This document shows positions 26,818 through 40,281 of a stretch of 64,000 nucleotides of DNA, in pieces. Each line of letters opens with the position of its first letter. Position 1 is the stretch's first letter. The position numbers and the translations under genes were made by a program. A model generated the notes under the pieces. That model was not told the origin of the DNA and searched no databases. It saw nothing but the letters and a program-made list of their open reading frames with translations. The stretch comes from Lingula anatina (Eukaryota > Animalia > Brachiopoda), in contig CM120641.1 in NCBI GenBank assembly GCA_051362555.1, forward strand, positions 44,584,401 through 44,648,400. Direction: 5' to 3'.

Positions 26818-27817
26818 ACATTGTACATTTTTTACGAGTTCGTTGCCTACAGTCAAGCCCCATTCCATTCTGTTTTTTTCCTTAAACAACTTTTGATATC
26901 TCCAGAAAACAGATGTCCTAACTGTTTCACGATGAACGAAACACTTGGCGCTTGCTATAGATTCGGTTCTGAATTCCACAAGATGACTTGGGCGGAAGCT
27001 GACTTGTTCTGTGCAGGACACTTCGAAGCACGTTCAGTATCCGTCACGTCTCCAGAGGAACGGGAATTCATCCGGTCACAAATCGGAGATGATAAGAGTA
27101 AGAAACAGAATGCAACCTTTGGAATAAAATAAAAATTAAAAATTAGAAAATTAAAAAAGAAAATATGAGAAACAATGAAATGCCTATAATTGAAAAGGAC
27201 ATCAATATCATCTTATTATCCAAATAAGATCTTAGAATTTTCCCAATCCCTATTCCACATATTTTGCTTGTTTATTAGTTTTTTTCCCAAAGTTGGCGTC
27301 CTGATCAATACCACAGGCTGTTGACTGTCCACATTATCATAATAAGAATTATCATATCAACCTTTTTAGAACATACTTTTCGCGTAGCAAGCGTGGCACT
27401 TACACAACGTGTAAATGTTGGAAGGGGTTTCATATTTAGTTCCTGAAGATTATAAGACAGTAAAGGAATATAATATATACATTGTAATATCATCTCAACT
27501 GGATCTAAATGAGTTTATCAGCTTGGTATATAATTTTACAGTATATGCCATGGTATATATAAATTTATCATAACGTTACAAAATATATTTTTTTCATATT
27601 ACTATCGCATTTAGGTTGGTGGACAAGTGGCAACGATCTGGGAACAGTTAACAAGTTTACCTGGGCGGACAGCGGTCAACTGATGACCGAAGATGCCGCT
27701 AACCTGGGCAAGAACGCCCCAAACCAGCGTTGCGTGAAGCTCCGGGAGAACACGCTGGAACCAGAAGCGGCACCTTGTGACGAGTTCCACTATGTCATTT
27801 GCAAGACGATGATTTAA
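23771..27817 (+). CDS. Secreted VWA - coiled coil - C-type lectin-like protein, copy 1 (408 aa; exons 23771-23888, 24557-24757, 25631-25907, 26170-26285, 26501-26620, 26906-27097, 27615-27817)
   Basis: Signal peptide MKIHCLVSYALVCGVISVALGA; VWA with MIDAS (FCLDASKS, GRTNT, VVTDG, FAIGVG); heptad neck; CTLD (CP..ACYRF, TWAEA..FC, WWTSGND, C..C..ICK). 1227 nt in frame, GT-AG introns. Confidence 0.92.
24917..25013. mobile_element. ~95-bp palindromic CMC/EnSpm-like MITE in intron 2 (counterpart 37460-37552)
   Basis: CCCAGCAAACAC...GTGTTTGCT with internal ATAACGTT repeats. Confidence 0.6.
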
Positions 27818-29085
27818 CTGAAACCGGACCTTCCTTAACGCCGGATCTTGTCCAATGATATATATATATATATATACGGTATTGTTGGAGGTTTCTGCGA
27901 ATATATATACAGTATGTGGATTTCAATTATCAAGACGGAAGGTTTACTTTATGGGACAATTCATTACAGTTATCTTAACACATTTCCTCTGAAATACATA
28001 TATACTGTTTTTTTGTTTTAATTGTTTTAAAGTAACGAAATTGAAAGTGAAAAGAGAGGAAATGCAATTTGCCTTCCTAAGTGTATTGTTTTCTGTTTAG
28101 GTGGTGAAAGGTCCTAGTAAATTTAATTTTCCTCTTTTTCCTCAAGTCATGTAACAGGTAACACTGATAAAAATTTCTTATTCCTCTGCGGTAGCATACA
28201 AATACGGAGTTTATTTTTTATTTTGACACATCTCATCCAAAGTGAGGTATAACTTCCCTTACGCACCTAAATTTCAATAATCTATAAAAATAAAAGAAAA
28301 GTCTTCAAGAGACTGGAAAATAAATAACAAAACCATTATTAAATACAAATCACATAATTATGATTCAGAATCCAGATATATCGTGCACATACATGTATCA
28401 GTAGCCCCAAAATCAAAATGGCGAGGATCTACCGGTACTCTGACCACTGCACTCCTTACTAGCAAGCATGTTGAAATCAGTTTTAATCCACTTCTGGCTC
28501 GTATTAATGCATAAGAAGAATAGTATATGAATACAAGATAATATAGATGAATTTGTAACAAGTAAGCTTATCACGAAAGTCGGTCTTCCTCCACTAAAAG
28601 ATGACTTTATAATAAATGCATATCAATAATCACACAGAGGCACGAACAGATGTAATCAACAGATTAATAAAACATATTGAGTCTACTTTCACATGTTATG
28701 CAATAAGAGGATGCTTAAAATACATGTTCATACTCTTCACTGGGGCTCTTGGGTTTTAATACAAGAATACTTAAAAGAAACACGTCAAGCAGGTTTCTTC
28801 TATCATTTGTACCAATGAATGCATATCAGTAATCCTATATTAGCACAGAACCTTAATTGGAAACCCATTAACATTATTAATGGCATCATCACTGGCCTTA
28901 TTTAAAGTCAATTCTGATGTTAATTTTATGACAAAAAGTTTCTAAAGAAGAAAAAACTACAAATAAATTGTCATTCCAACAGGCCTTTTGCCTTTGCATT
29001 GGTTGTATCACAGTTCTGTTCAAAACCCCTGAAGCAGTAACCAACAGCTGACAAACTGGTCAACAGTCTTCCACAATTTCATTTG

Positions 29086-30947
29086 TCAACAGTTAGTATG
29101 CAAACCTAGTGACTGCCCTGAAAAATAATTTAAGAAAGAAAAAACTTACAATGTCCTGACATTCACCTACATAGACTTGCTAGTATATGTACTTTATAGG
29201 GCAAATGCACACAAATGTTAAGAGGAAAAGAAATGATGGGACTAAGCTACCCAACTCCTAAGGGAGGGGCAGGCAAGGGGGGGGGGGGACCTGACCAAAT
29301 AGCACACCAGAGGGGGTGACAGGTTGTCATACCTGTCACAACCTCATTCCCTGATGAAGTCTGACTGCAAGCAGATGAAATATTGGATGGTAAGATCAGA
29401 CAAATATAAGTAGCTATAGACAAAAGAATCTTCACAAGTCTATTGAAAAGAAATTTATCTTTACAAGATCATTCTGTTAAACTATTAACTATGTTTCAAA
29501 ATTAAGTCAAACGCGTACCAGTCTCCCGATCCATAAATTTGGAGAAATATTTTGGGGAGATAATTCCATCATAGTTACCAGGGCTAAGGATAACATTATT
29601 GTCTGATAAAAAGAACTGCAGACCATCTGAAAATTAAGCATATTTCACTGCAGTAGCATACTTGCTTTATGGCCCATTGACAATGAATTACAGCCTTTAG
29701 TCTCAGATCCAATCTGTGACAGCTCCTTCATTTGAAAAAAAAAAAAAAGATCTGAAGATAAATGACACACATCTGATCTGAAGCTCAGGGTACACTAAAC
29801 TAAGAGGTTGGTGGTATGAAAATAACTCACAAAATTATTTTTAAGTTATTAAATAAAATATGAGTACATTTATAATACAACATATGGTTATGATATCTAT
29901 GTACATGTGTGACAAATATAAACATAAGTTATGATTAAACTTATCACTTAATCAGCTTTTTATCAATCATTATGATGAAGAAGTGAATGAGGCTAACTTA
30001 CCTTCTAATGCCTTTTTCGCATACCGAATGAAATGAAAAGTTAATGACAGAGATTAAGAATGTAAAGTAAACTTCTGCCAAGAGAATTTCGACAATGTCT
30101 GTGACTTTAACACAGAATTTCGGAAATTATTGGAAAATAATCTCTTCTATCAGCAGACCTTTACTGTTTCCAGTAAATGTTATGTCTGAAACTGATGGTT
30201 ACTAGTAACTTCACAAAAGAAAAATGAATTATATAGTGTTCAGGTGGAAAAAATACATTCCTTTTTTGGGAAAATTGAAACAAACTTAGTTTCCATGGCC
30301 AAATTTGGTGCAAAACACCTACGTATTACTATATTTTTTTACCTCCAATGAGTTTGGAGATCATTAATGTTCAAAAGTTTAAAATGGCTAGCAAAACTGA
30401 ATTTAATCTGAACTGACGTGACATATTGTTAACATGGGCTTCAATGTATTTTCTAAGGTTTTCATTGTAAAGGGAAACACATAACACTTGTAATGAAAAA
30501 ATTCTAGGTGCCCAGTATAAGCAATGAAATGGATAAATGGTTTTCAAACTATCAAACTTGTACAAGTGAATTTCAAATAGCAACTTGCCACTAATGACCC
30601 CTGAGCCTCCAGGTTCACCTGGTGCAAATTGAACATGGTTCCTATTCATCGTACTAACCCACACGAAAACGCAGTAGATGCTCCAGCGCAGTAGACTACT
30701 GCAATCATACTGCAAATATGCCTCAAATCTGCTTCGCATTGGGAGCTAATTAGCATATTTGAAACATGCTTCTATCATGCTGCTAATCTACTGCATTAAT
30801 GCTCCTCCTCTGTACAACCTTATGTAACTTTTGAAGTAGAATTGCAGTAGGGTATACTGCATTTCTACTGCAAATATGCCCCACACCACTACTGCGTTAA
30901 TGCTTCTTTGCTACTTCGATACTACTGCATTTTCGTGCGGGAAGTCC
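29086..30947 (-). pseudogene. TRPT1: Truncated TRPT1 pseudogene (exons 5-8 only)
   Basis: Homologous to 41513-43066. Exon 5 is interrupted by a 284-bp insertion; exon 6 has a 33-nt deletion and an AG>CG acceptor; exons 1-4 are absent. Confidence 0.9.
30658..30941. mobile_element. 284-bp MITE with CCC...GGG ends and 2-bp TSD (CMC/EnSpm-like)
   Basis: TIR CCCACACGAAAACGCAGTAG / CTACTGCATTTTCGTGCGGG; AA duplicated (30656-57, 30942-43); empty site CTTACTAAGTCCCTG at ~43055-43069; internal ACTACTGC repeats. Confidence 0.85.
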
Positions 30948-31579
30948 CTGAAAAAAAAAGAGAAAAACAAAGGTTAAGGATAACTACGAAGTTTGAGTTT
31001 TTTTAAAAGCCTTATATCCTCCCTAAACAAAATTAGACATTTTACAATTTAAAATCTTTGGATCTGGATCTGTTCAATATTCTGAATTATAATTAAGAAT
31101 TGTAGGCACTTTCATGAGGCAGGGCAAGGGTCTGCAAATTTCATTAAGATGGACAAAAAGTCTTTAAAACAGATTGTATAACAATGAAATTCCAAATTAA
31201 AATAAAATTGAATTAACAATAAAATTAACAATCTGAAATTCCAAATTAATCAAAATGAAATTGAATGGAAATATTGTGATAACATCAATTTATTTAATAA
31301 AATATGTTAAATTTTTTATCTATTTTTATTAATTTTTTTATTTATTTATTATTTTATTTAATAAGTTAATATTTATTATTTATTTATTTTGGAAATGAAA
31401 AAAAGAACCGCAGAACAAAACATCGTCATTCACTCTGAGAACATCTTTGCATCACAGAAAAAACTTCAAGGTCACCGTACACCTTAACCTCTTCCTGCAT
31501 TTCTCTTGTGGTTGCCAAAAAAAAATAAATAAATAAAAATAAAAATAAAAAAAATAAATTAAAAAATAAAATAAAATAA

Positions 31580-31610
<31 letters not shown>

Positions 31611-32866
31611 AATGAAATAATAAATAAATAAATAAAAATAAAAAATAGATAAAAAATTAAGTAAAAGATTTTTATCATTCCTTTTAATTTTATTCATTTA
31701 TGTATTTTGAAGAAGGGTGAAAGTAATACTACTAATAATACAAAATAATACAATGCGTGATTTTTTAAAAATAAATTTTATTGCCATTAAATACAATTAT
31801 TATAAAATTTCTAAAATATTTACTCATGTAGGTTTTAACGCAAAAGTTGACCAAATTCGACAGAAGCGCAAATGGTAGCCAAATGCTTGGAAAACATCTA
31901 TAAATTGGAGGTGGCCTACATGGATCAAACACCATTCTTCACCACCTGTTGCCAGAAGTCGCAAATTATTTTGGTATCGAATGAACGCGAGAATCCGCGT
32001 GACACCAAAACGTCATTGGTAACGGATGCCTTAACGACCGGGAAGAAAGGCATCGAAAGCCCTATTGACAAGCACAGGTTTTAGTTTTACTACAATAACG
32101 ACCGTTTTAGTGGTAAAATACAATAGAATATATTTCCATACGTTGTTTACAATGTATTTCTTGCGGAATTTTGAATCTCAAAGGAAGAGTTATTATTGCT
32201 TTAAATACCTGTAATAATAAAATGTTCGTTTTACTCCGACAATTAAGAAGGTTCTATGGATAGTGTGTACATGTAACTCTACCCTTGACAAATCATAACA
32301 TTCGTTGAAGAATTGAGAAGTTCAGATCATGGTGAAAAGTAGGTCAAAGGTCAACTTCAAGGTCTCAGTTAGATTGCCAGAATATGACCTCCTATACAAG
32401 TTCAATAGTATCTATGGGCGTATCTCTGCCAGTTTTCGAGATATAAGGGATAGAAAATTTCCAAAGTTCAGTTCAAAAATATATTTCCATGTAGGATTTG
32501 TGTCTTTATTATAAAGAATAAAACTGTTAAGCACTCTTAGTTTTGTTGTACCACTCAATGAGAAATTACAATTAAAAAAATATGAATTAAAACATACAGT
32601 ATGTGTAAAATTCACAATTGTCTGTGATTTTTCATTGAAAAAACCAAGTACCTTGTCCATTTGATTTTGATAAAATGTCGTTTATTTTGTAAAGAAATTT
32701 CGACTTGCCCCATTGAGAACATACAATTTTGTTGTTGAAGACATACACACACTGGACAAAAGAAGTGTCACCCCCTAACTCAGAGTAATAAAAGTAGGCA
32801 GATCTTGGGTAGTTATAATGCCTGGTCTACTTATAATGCGACTAATGAGTATAAAACCGCTATACC

Positions 32867-33780
32867 ATGGAATTGTATTGTTGGTCTTGTACATGTACAA
32901 CGAATGTTATTCCTGTCTTCCTCCTGACAAGATACAGGCAATTATCTAACTGTTATAGGTGTCAAGTTATTAACCTAAAGAGGCGGAATATAAGCAATGT
33001 CAGAATATCGATACAATTGTATTGTTCAGTCAGAACCGTGCAGAGGGTCTGGTCTCGGTATAGAAACACTGGATCAAGAGACAAATTGCCTCTGATGGGT
33101 CGTCCAAGAAAAACTACTGGCCGTTAAGACCGACGACTGATTTTGATGTCCAAGTTGTCAAAGTTCGACACTGCTTGTCAGTTGACAACGCAGTGGAACA
33201 ATTTCTCACATAAGAATGTGTCTGTGAAAATTGCTAGGCGTCGGTTACATGCTCAGAGAGTGTACAGCAAGGTAGCAATACTGAAACCTCTTATATTGTT
33301 ACAAAACAAGCAACGTAGAGTGAACTAGGGTCAACAGGATCTGGAACTGGACAGTCCATGACAATTGGTCCTATATATATTTTTTCTGATGAGTGTCGCT
33401 TTGGTCTGACCTCTGATGACAGACGGGTATGATGCTGGCGAACTGCTGGTAAAGCATTTGAACCACATGCACTGAATTTTCGAACCCGGAGCAGCATATT
33501 CATCATGGTGTCGGGCTGCATCACCATCCATGGCGTGGGCGAATTGATAGTGGTTGATGGAAACATGAATCACTAGAAATATATCGATGTTTTGGAGTCA
33601 GGCTTGCTACCATCTATTACTTACATGTTTGGTGACAGGAATTATCCATTTGTTCACCAGGATGACAATGCTCCTTGTCACAGGCCCTGAGCAGTTGATG
33701 ATTGGTTTGACCAACAGGACATTCGCAGGGTGATGTGGCCTGCCCAGATTCCGGATGCAAACACAATAGAAAATGTGTGT
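32867..33780 (+). mobile_element. Degenerate Tc1-type (DD34E) transposase
   Basis: GRPRKTT linker, VSVKIARRRLH, FSDECRF, and QDDNAPCH-...-WPAQIPDANTIENV with 34 residues between D and E. Several stops and a frameshift. Confidence 0.9.
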
Positions 33781-33939
33781 AATGATATGTCAAAACTTTT
33801 GACAAATGCCCGTCTAACCAGCAGAGAAACTCTGTTATATTCAGTGTTTTATGCTTGGGACAAATTTTCAAACCCAAAATAATTCTGTAGAAACACCTTA
33901 TGAAATACGAAAATAATAAAATCAAATCAAAGCCTATGA

Positions 33940-34350
33940 TCAAAGATTGTCATCTAGATTGAATCATTTATTATTGATATTTCAATCTAAAAGTGTGCAA
34001 CCCAAAAGATTCATATTCTCTAACCCAAAATAATTATGTAGACACATCCACTGAAATTTTAAGGAAATCAGCTTTGACATCAAGATTGGGTCATTTATTA
34101 TTGACATATCAATCTAAAAGTGTGCAACCCAAAGCATTCAAATTCTGTAGCCTGAAAAAAGTCTGTGGTAGCACCATCTGATTGTATCATTTATTATTAC
34201 CGTTCAGTTAATTAAATTTTGAAATGAAAATCCAAATATAGCAGTTATGTAAGAAGTCTGTGGTAGCACCATCTGATTGTATAATTTATTATTAACGTTC
34301 AGATAATTAAATTTTGAAATGAAAATCCAAATACAGCAGTTATGTAAACA
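33940..34350. repeat. Short tandem duplications (~95-105 bp units)
   Basis: TCAATCTAAAAGTGTGCAACCCAAA x2 and GTCTGTGGTAGCACCATCTGATTGTAT...GAAAATCCAAATA x2. Confidence 0.8.
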
Positions 34351-35200
34351 GTTTCCTTATTATTTCTTGGAAATAAAGCCTGTTCTAAGACATCTAAATA
34401 ATCTATCCTATTCTGGCCTGCTTGTCCCCACATCTGTGCTATATAACAAGTCCTTAACCAGTGTACCTCTAAGCTATCTTCAAGTGGCGATACATGCTCC
34501 AAGGATTCTACATCTAACAAAGCCGACCTTATATTACCCTGTACCTAACCAAATAGAAACATTTTCTGAATAACTGAGGTCCTTATTATACAAACTTCTG
34601 AAATAACTAATGGGGCTACTGTCTGGATTTACTGACAAAAAAAAAAGCATTGCAGCATTTCCTAAAATAAAGACAACCTAACAGACAGTAAAAAGCTAAT
34701 AGTCCCTGCACCTACTTCATCAAGAGTTCCTGCAGCAATTTTTCCAGATATAAAGTCAGCATACCTATAAAATACAGAGTAGATTGTTTCTTTTTACCAA
34801 ATCACCTAAAAATGAAACATAATCATACCCAGAACATACAAACAATATAATTTTACCCACCTTTGACCTATCTAACCTACTCAAGTCGGGATCATTAAAT
34901 ATGTAACCATGCAACCCATTAACATTAACATAAATTTCCTCATACAATTTACAACTTTATTTTATCAAGATGTTTTTACCTAGGTACTCTCTGCTATCAT
35001 ACAAACCAAGCCCTATTTCTAGTACATCAGTATCTGGTGATACGATTATCATATTATTTTCTGAACTATTCAGACTGTGAAGCCAGACTAAACTGTCCCC
35101 TTCTTCGTGATTTGAACTAAATAAAGCATCCTCCCTTACAGAAACACTGACAGCTAACTTGCATACCTCATTATAATTACCAGCTACATACAACCTCCCA
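34330..35200 (-). mobile_element. Degenerate PIN/XPG-like nuclease coding remnant, probably an Academ-type transposon
   Basis: Fragments NHEEGDSLVWLH, IIVSPDTDVL, SGYDYVSF, HWLRTCYIAQMWGQA resemble the HEEAD / SPDTDV / GCD motifs of transposon-borne XPG-like domains; frameshifted. Confidence 0.6.
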
Positions 35201-36279
35201 GCGCGCAAATTATGTTGTTTTAACGTTGAAACAACGTTGAACCATAACGTTGATAATAAGTTGGATAAACATTGGATTTGAATGTTGACTCATCGTCAGA
35301 TAACAACATTGTATCAACCCCAGTTGTTAGACAACATTCTTGCATGAAAAGACATTAAAATGACCTGAAATGTTTTTATTTTTGGTACAAAACACAGGTA
35401 CACAATTATAACGTAGACTGTAAAAACATCCAAGTAGCGTTCTAATCACGACATACCTTTTAGTGGAAGATAAAAAACATGGTCCTCAGAACTACAACTA
35501 GTATGCAGTGAGAATTGGGTAGAAATTGTGTATATTCTCAAACCAATTTAGGCATTTTGGGCGGAGAGATTACTTTGGGAATTTCGTTTCGGCTTAATAC
35601 ACAGACTTAACACTTACTATGGAAGTTTTTTTCATATAATTTCATTTCGCTTTTTCCCCATTTTTCTAACTGATAAATGGAAACAAAGGTTTTTCATGCT
35701 TTAATAACTTTTACTAACCTCATCAGTGTCATTGAAGTATTGGTTCTACAATTAAAGACATCAATGAATAACCAAATATACATGGTGTATTCTAAGTCAT
35801 AAAACAACCATTAACAGCGATATTTGATTTTCCGTATTTTCAGCTGTTAAAGAGTTACACCCCCCCCCCCAAAAAAAAGGTACTTATATTAGTGTCTGGG
35901 TACAACAACGGCCAATAGGGTGCCTGGTCCCCTCTTGCTGCTCTGACTTGTAAGAGAAATTCGCATACAACACGTAGCTTTGACAGTGTAAAAGAGAACT
36001 TCATGAATAAAGTATGTACATTTGACTCATTCTACATTCATTAAAATGTCGACGGAATCAGCTACTTAGCATGGCAAATTTGTTTCATAATCTGAGCTCT
36101 CTTTTAATTTTGAATTAACTATATACCTAGTGTGATTATACCACAGCGTGCTCTCTGAATGGGCGTTTGTCATTCTCTTCCATAAATGCTATTGGTTATT
36201 ATGGCTTTACCTCATCAACTGAGGGGAGAGAAACTGTATAAATGGAGAGAACGCGGGATGAATACCACACATCAGAACG

Positions 36280-36469
36280 ATGAAGATCCACTATCTTGTT
36301 TCATACGCGTTGGTTTGTGGCGTCATTTCGGTGGCTCTCGGAGCATCATCGTTCGCGGGGGAATTAAGGCATTTGGCCAGACGACAGGAATCCTTCGGTA
36401 AGTTTTTTCTCATTTTTCTAGTGGCAGTATCCACTACAATTTTCTTTTTAAACGCTCTTGTTTTACACC

Positions 36470-36525
<56 letters not shown>

Positions 36526-37617
36526 GTGAGTGAGTGAGTTATAACCCCGAGACAACAATATACTTACCAAAATAGTTCGGAAACGTTATTTTGAATAATT
36601 ATAAAATAACCATCCAGTTAATATCTTTATGTTAGGCATAGAGTATGTAAGTCACAGTTATAATAAAGTCATAAGTTGCTCAGCGTCAGTGTCATATGAA
36701 GCCTTCACTTTTTGTTGTCAAGACTTGCTCAAACTTTGTCACTCCACTTGCATAATTTATGAATATGAGATTCGATCCACATTCTTAAATGTCGCCGTAA
36801 CTCCCATAGAATTTTTTCTCTGTAAAAATGTTAATAAGAAACGAATGGTGGGTGCATTATCCGTTAATATTTGGTTTAAATATTTACCTTAGCTCATATG
36901 GTTATTTTATAATTATTCAAAATAACGATGCTTCCTAACTTTTTTGGTCAAGTGTATAACTGTTTTGTTGTTTATCTAATCTATGTATTTTTGCCTTAAT
37001 TCCCCCACATTTTTAATCAAAGTCGCACTACGAATTATTCATACGGAACCACGCAGCAACCCAACGCATTTAACTTTCTTATTTCAGAATGCATACCACC
37101 CCCGCGGGTAGAAATCGCTTTCTGTTTAGACGCCTCCAAGAGCATCAATTTTGGTGAATTCAAGGCCATACTTGGTTTTCTCAAGGAATTCATCACAGCA
37201 TATAATATAGGACCAGACGCGACACAGGTTGCGTTGGCAACATTTAGTGTCAAAACAAGAATCATTTTTGATCTAAATGATCACTCCGGTGAGTATTTTC
37301 ATAATGCTTTTGCGGTAGAAATGACATAAAAAAGCTTGACTACAATATTTTCAAAATTTAAATTGTGCACTTAAAAGAGCACAACTTTGTTTAAAATGTG
37401 AGAATTTAAACATTGCTTGGATGGCATATATCACAAAGCTTCTTATATTGATAGGGTAACCTAGCAAACAGCGTTATTATAACGTTACCATAACGTTAGC
37501 ATAACCAAAAAACGTTATGGTAACGTTATAATAACGCTCTGTTTTTGCTAGGAATAAAATATTACCAAGAACTTGATGCATCTTTACTATGCTTCATATA
37601 TTTAACATTCACACACA

Positions 37618-37669
<52 letters not shown>

Positions 37670-38534
37670 CAGACACACATACACACAATCGGTTCTGCTA
37701 TTTATTAGCGCATTAATAGGTAGGTTTCTTTCTGTGGAAAAATACTGCATGTCATACATGCATTAATTACACAGGGGCCTGTAGATAAAAGCTCGGAGTT
37801 TTATATCTAAGACCCATTACATCCTGCGTATGAGTTATACACTGTACCAAATATTTAGCAATTACAGATTTCTAGGGAAATTTAAGTAATCAGCACGAAA
37901 AGGGTTTAAATAATCCTAATGATTTCAAAATGTTTAAAAAAAATATTATACCAAATGAAATGTATTGAAAACATCATTCTACTAATTTAACGGGGAAGCG
38001 TCATGGATTACAAAATGGATCCTGAAAAGGACCTCTTAGGAATTCACTCATCAATATAATTACCGAAAATTAAACGTTTTATTTTTTGCCATTCTTCCGT
38101 AGACGTGGATGGTATTATTGGTGATATCGACGAGTTGGCCTCAAAAAAGGCAAAGGAAGTTCAAGGAGGTAGAACTAACACGTCCGGGTGTTTGTACAAG
38201 TTGAAAGACGAGGTATTTAAGGAAGAGAACGGAATGCGCGTTGGTGTGGAGAAGATAGCAATCGTTGTTACTGACGGGCGGCCAAACGAAGACAAAGAGT
38301 TGACAGTACCGTATGCCAACGACATTAAAAACGATGGTACCATAATTTTCGCCATTGGGGTTGGAAAAAGACTGAAACCGTAGGTTATTTTGTCATATTT
38401 TGATGAATTTAATGAGGGAGCTGGTTATTTCGTTTATGATTTCCATTTCCAAAATGAACTGCAAGTTTTATCCTCTTGCGCACTGAACAAAAAAGAAAAA
38501 AGATTTTACGTCTCTCTCTCTCTCTCTCTCTCTG

Positions 38535-38568
<34 letters not shown>

Positions 38569-40281
38569 CAAGAATATTAAGTGTGAGCATTATACACTTT
38601 AACTTATTATTTTCTTCAATCATTTTCACGCGTTCCAGGGACTTCTTGGATCTAATAGTGTCTGAGCCTATAGAAGACCACGTCATCATGGTGAACAATG
38701 CAGGCCACTTGATGAACTTAAAAACTGCCATTGCCAGGAAAATATGCAGAGAAGGTATGTGTACATGTATCTTAACCAATTGGAACGTAAAACAATAATT
38801 CTTACAACCTCACTGCATTGCCATTTTATTGCATTCATCAATAGATTGATATTTTTAATTGATTTGATTTTGATGTACAGATTTAGAAGTGAAAAAGATG
38901 CGATTCAGAAAAAAAATTGGAAGCGTAATTCGTACAAATCCGTGCCTATCGAAATTTATTTTATTATTTTTATTTGTTTACATATCAGTTGAAGTCGAGT
39001 GTGAGCCAGACCCGCTGGCAGTACAGCAGCATCAGAGAATGGACGACGCTGACGCCAGCCTGGATGCGATCAGAACACTTCTTAGCGATCTACGGGATAG
39101 CTGCGTCGGTAAGTAGGAAACAGTTCGTCGTTACATGGAATTATATCCGATATAATTCTCTGGTCGTTATAACCGTATAAACATTTGGTAACCTGTTTGA
39201 CTTTCTCCAAACTCAAAACAATATGTAGGCTTAAAATACTGAGCTCACTCGTAGTGTCTTCCGGCAATAATAAATATCAATTTTTATATCAATATATATA
39301 TATTACATTAGTACATTTTTTACGAGTTCGTTGCCTACAAACAAGCCCCATTCCATATTATATATTTTCCTTAATCAACTTTTGATATCTCCAGAAAACA
39401 GATGTCCTAACTGTTTCAAGATGAACGAAACACTTGGCGCTTGCTATCGATTCGGCTCTGAATTCGACAAGATGACTTGGGCGGAAGCTGACTTGTTTTG
39501 TGCAGAAAACTTCGGAGCACGCTCGGTGTCTGTCACGTCTCCAGAGGAACGGGAATTTATCCGGGCACAAACCGGAGATGATAAGAGTAAGAAACGAAAT
39601 GCGTCCTTAGGAATAAAATAAAAAACAAGAAAGGCATAAAAAAAGAAAATATGACAAGCAATGAAATGCCTTTTATTGAAAAGGACATCAATATCATCCA
39701 CATTATCCAAATAAGATCTTAGAATTTTCTCAATCTCTATTCTTCATTATTTTTTGTTTGTTTGTTTATTTGTTTTTTCTCAAAGTTGACGTCCTGCTCA
39801 ATACCACAGGCTGCTAACTGTCCACATTATCATGATAATAATTATCATTTCACCCTTTTAAGAATGTACTCTTCGCGTTATAACGTGTAAAATTTTAAGG
39901 GGGTTTTCATATTTAGTTCCTGAAGATAATAAAACAGTAAAAGAATAAAACACATCGTATCTCAACTGGATCTAAATGTGATTATCAGCTTGGTATATAA
40001 TTTTACAGGATATGGCATGGTATATATAAATTAACATAACATTACAAAATATTTTTTTCATATTATTAATGAATTTAGGTTGGTGGAGTAGTGGCAACGA
40101 TCTGGGAACAGTCGACAAGTTTACCTGGGCGGACAGCGGTAAACTGATGACCGAAGATGCCTCTAACCTGGGCAAGAACGCCCCGAACCAGCGTTGCGTG
40201 AAGCTCCGGGAGAACACGCTGGAACCAGAAGCGGCACCCTGTGACGAGTTGCACTATGTCATTTGCAAGACGCTGATTTAA
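36280..40281 (+). CDS. VWA - coiled coil - CTLD protein, copy 2 (408 aa; exons 36280-36397, 37088-37288, 38103-38379, 38639-38754, 38989-39108, 39395-39586, 40079-40281)
   Basis: Same exon lengths (118/201/277/116/120/192/203), intact splice sites and motifs. Confidence 0.92.
37460..37552. mobile_element. 93-bp near-perfect palindromic MITE, AA TSD
   Basis: CCTAGCAAACAGCGTTATTATAACGTTACCATAACGTT...AACGTTATGGTAACGTTATAATAACGCTCTGTTTTTGCTAGG; absent from the equivalent site of copy 4 (~58215-58235). Confidence 0.75.

Larger units (their letters stand above)
22846..31185. repeat. Direct segmental duplication unit A1 (partner A2 ~35488-43290)
   Basis: Begins AGAACTACA.CTAGTATGCAGTGA.AATTGGGTAGAAATTG in both units. 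Colinear through the VWA-lectin gene and TRPT1 exons 8-5; ends in TRPT1 intron 4. Confidence 0.92.

Noticed and set aside
30371-30739. 122-aa minus-strand ORF
   Set aside because: Chimera of MITE sequence, TRPT1 pseudo-exon 5 and intron.
31452-31697. Hydrophobic 81-aa ORF (FIYLFIY...)
   Set aside because: Translation of (TAAA)n low-complexity DNA.
33940-35330. CRISPR-like or regularly spaced repeats
   Set aside because: Two-copy tandem duplications and TE subterminal motifs with no unique equal-length spacers; eukaryotic context.
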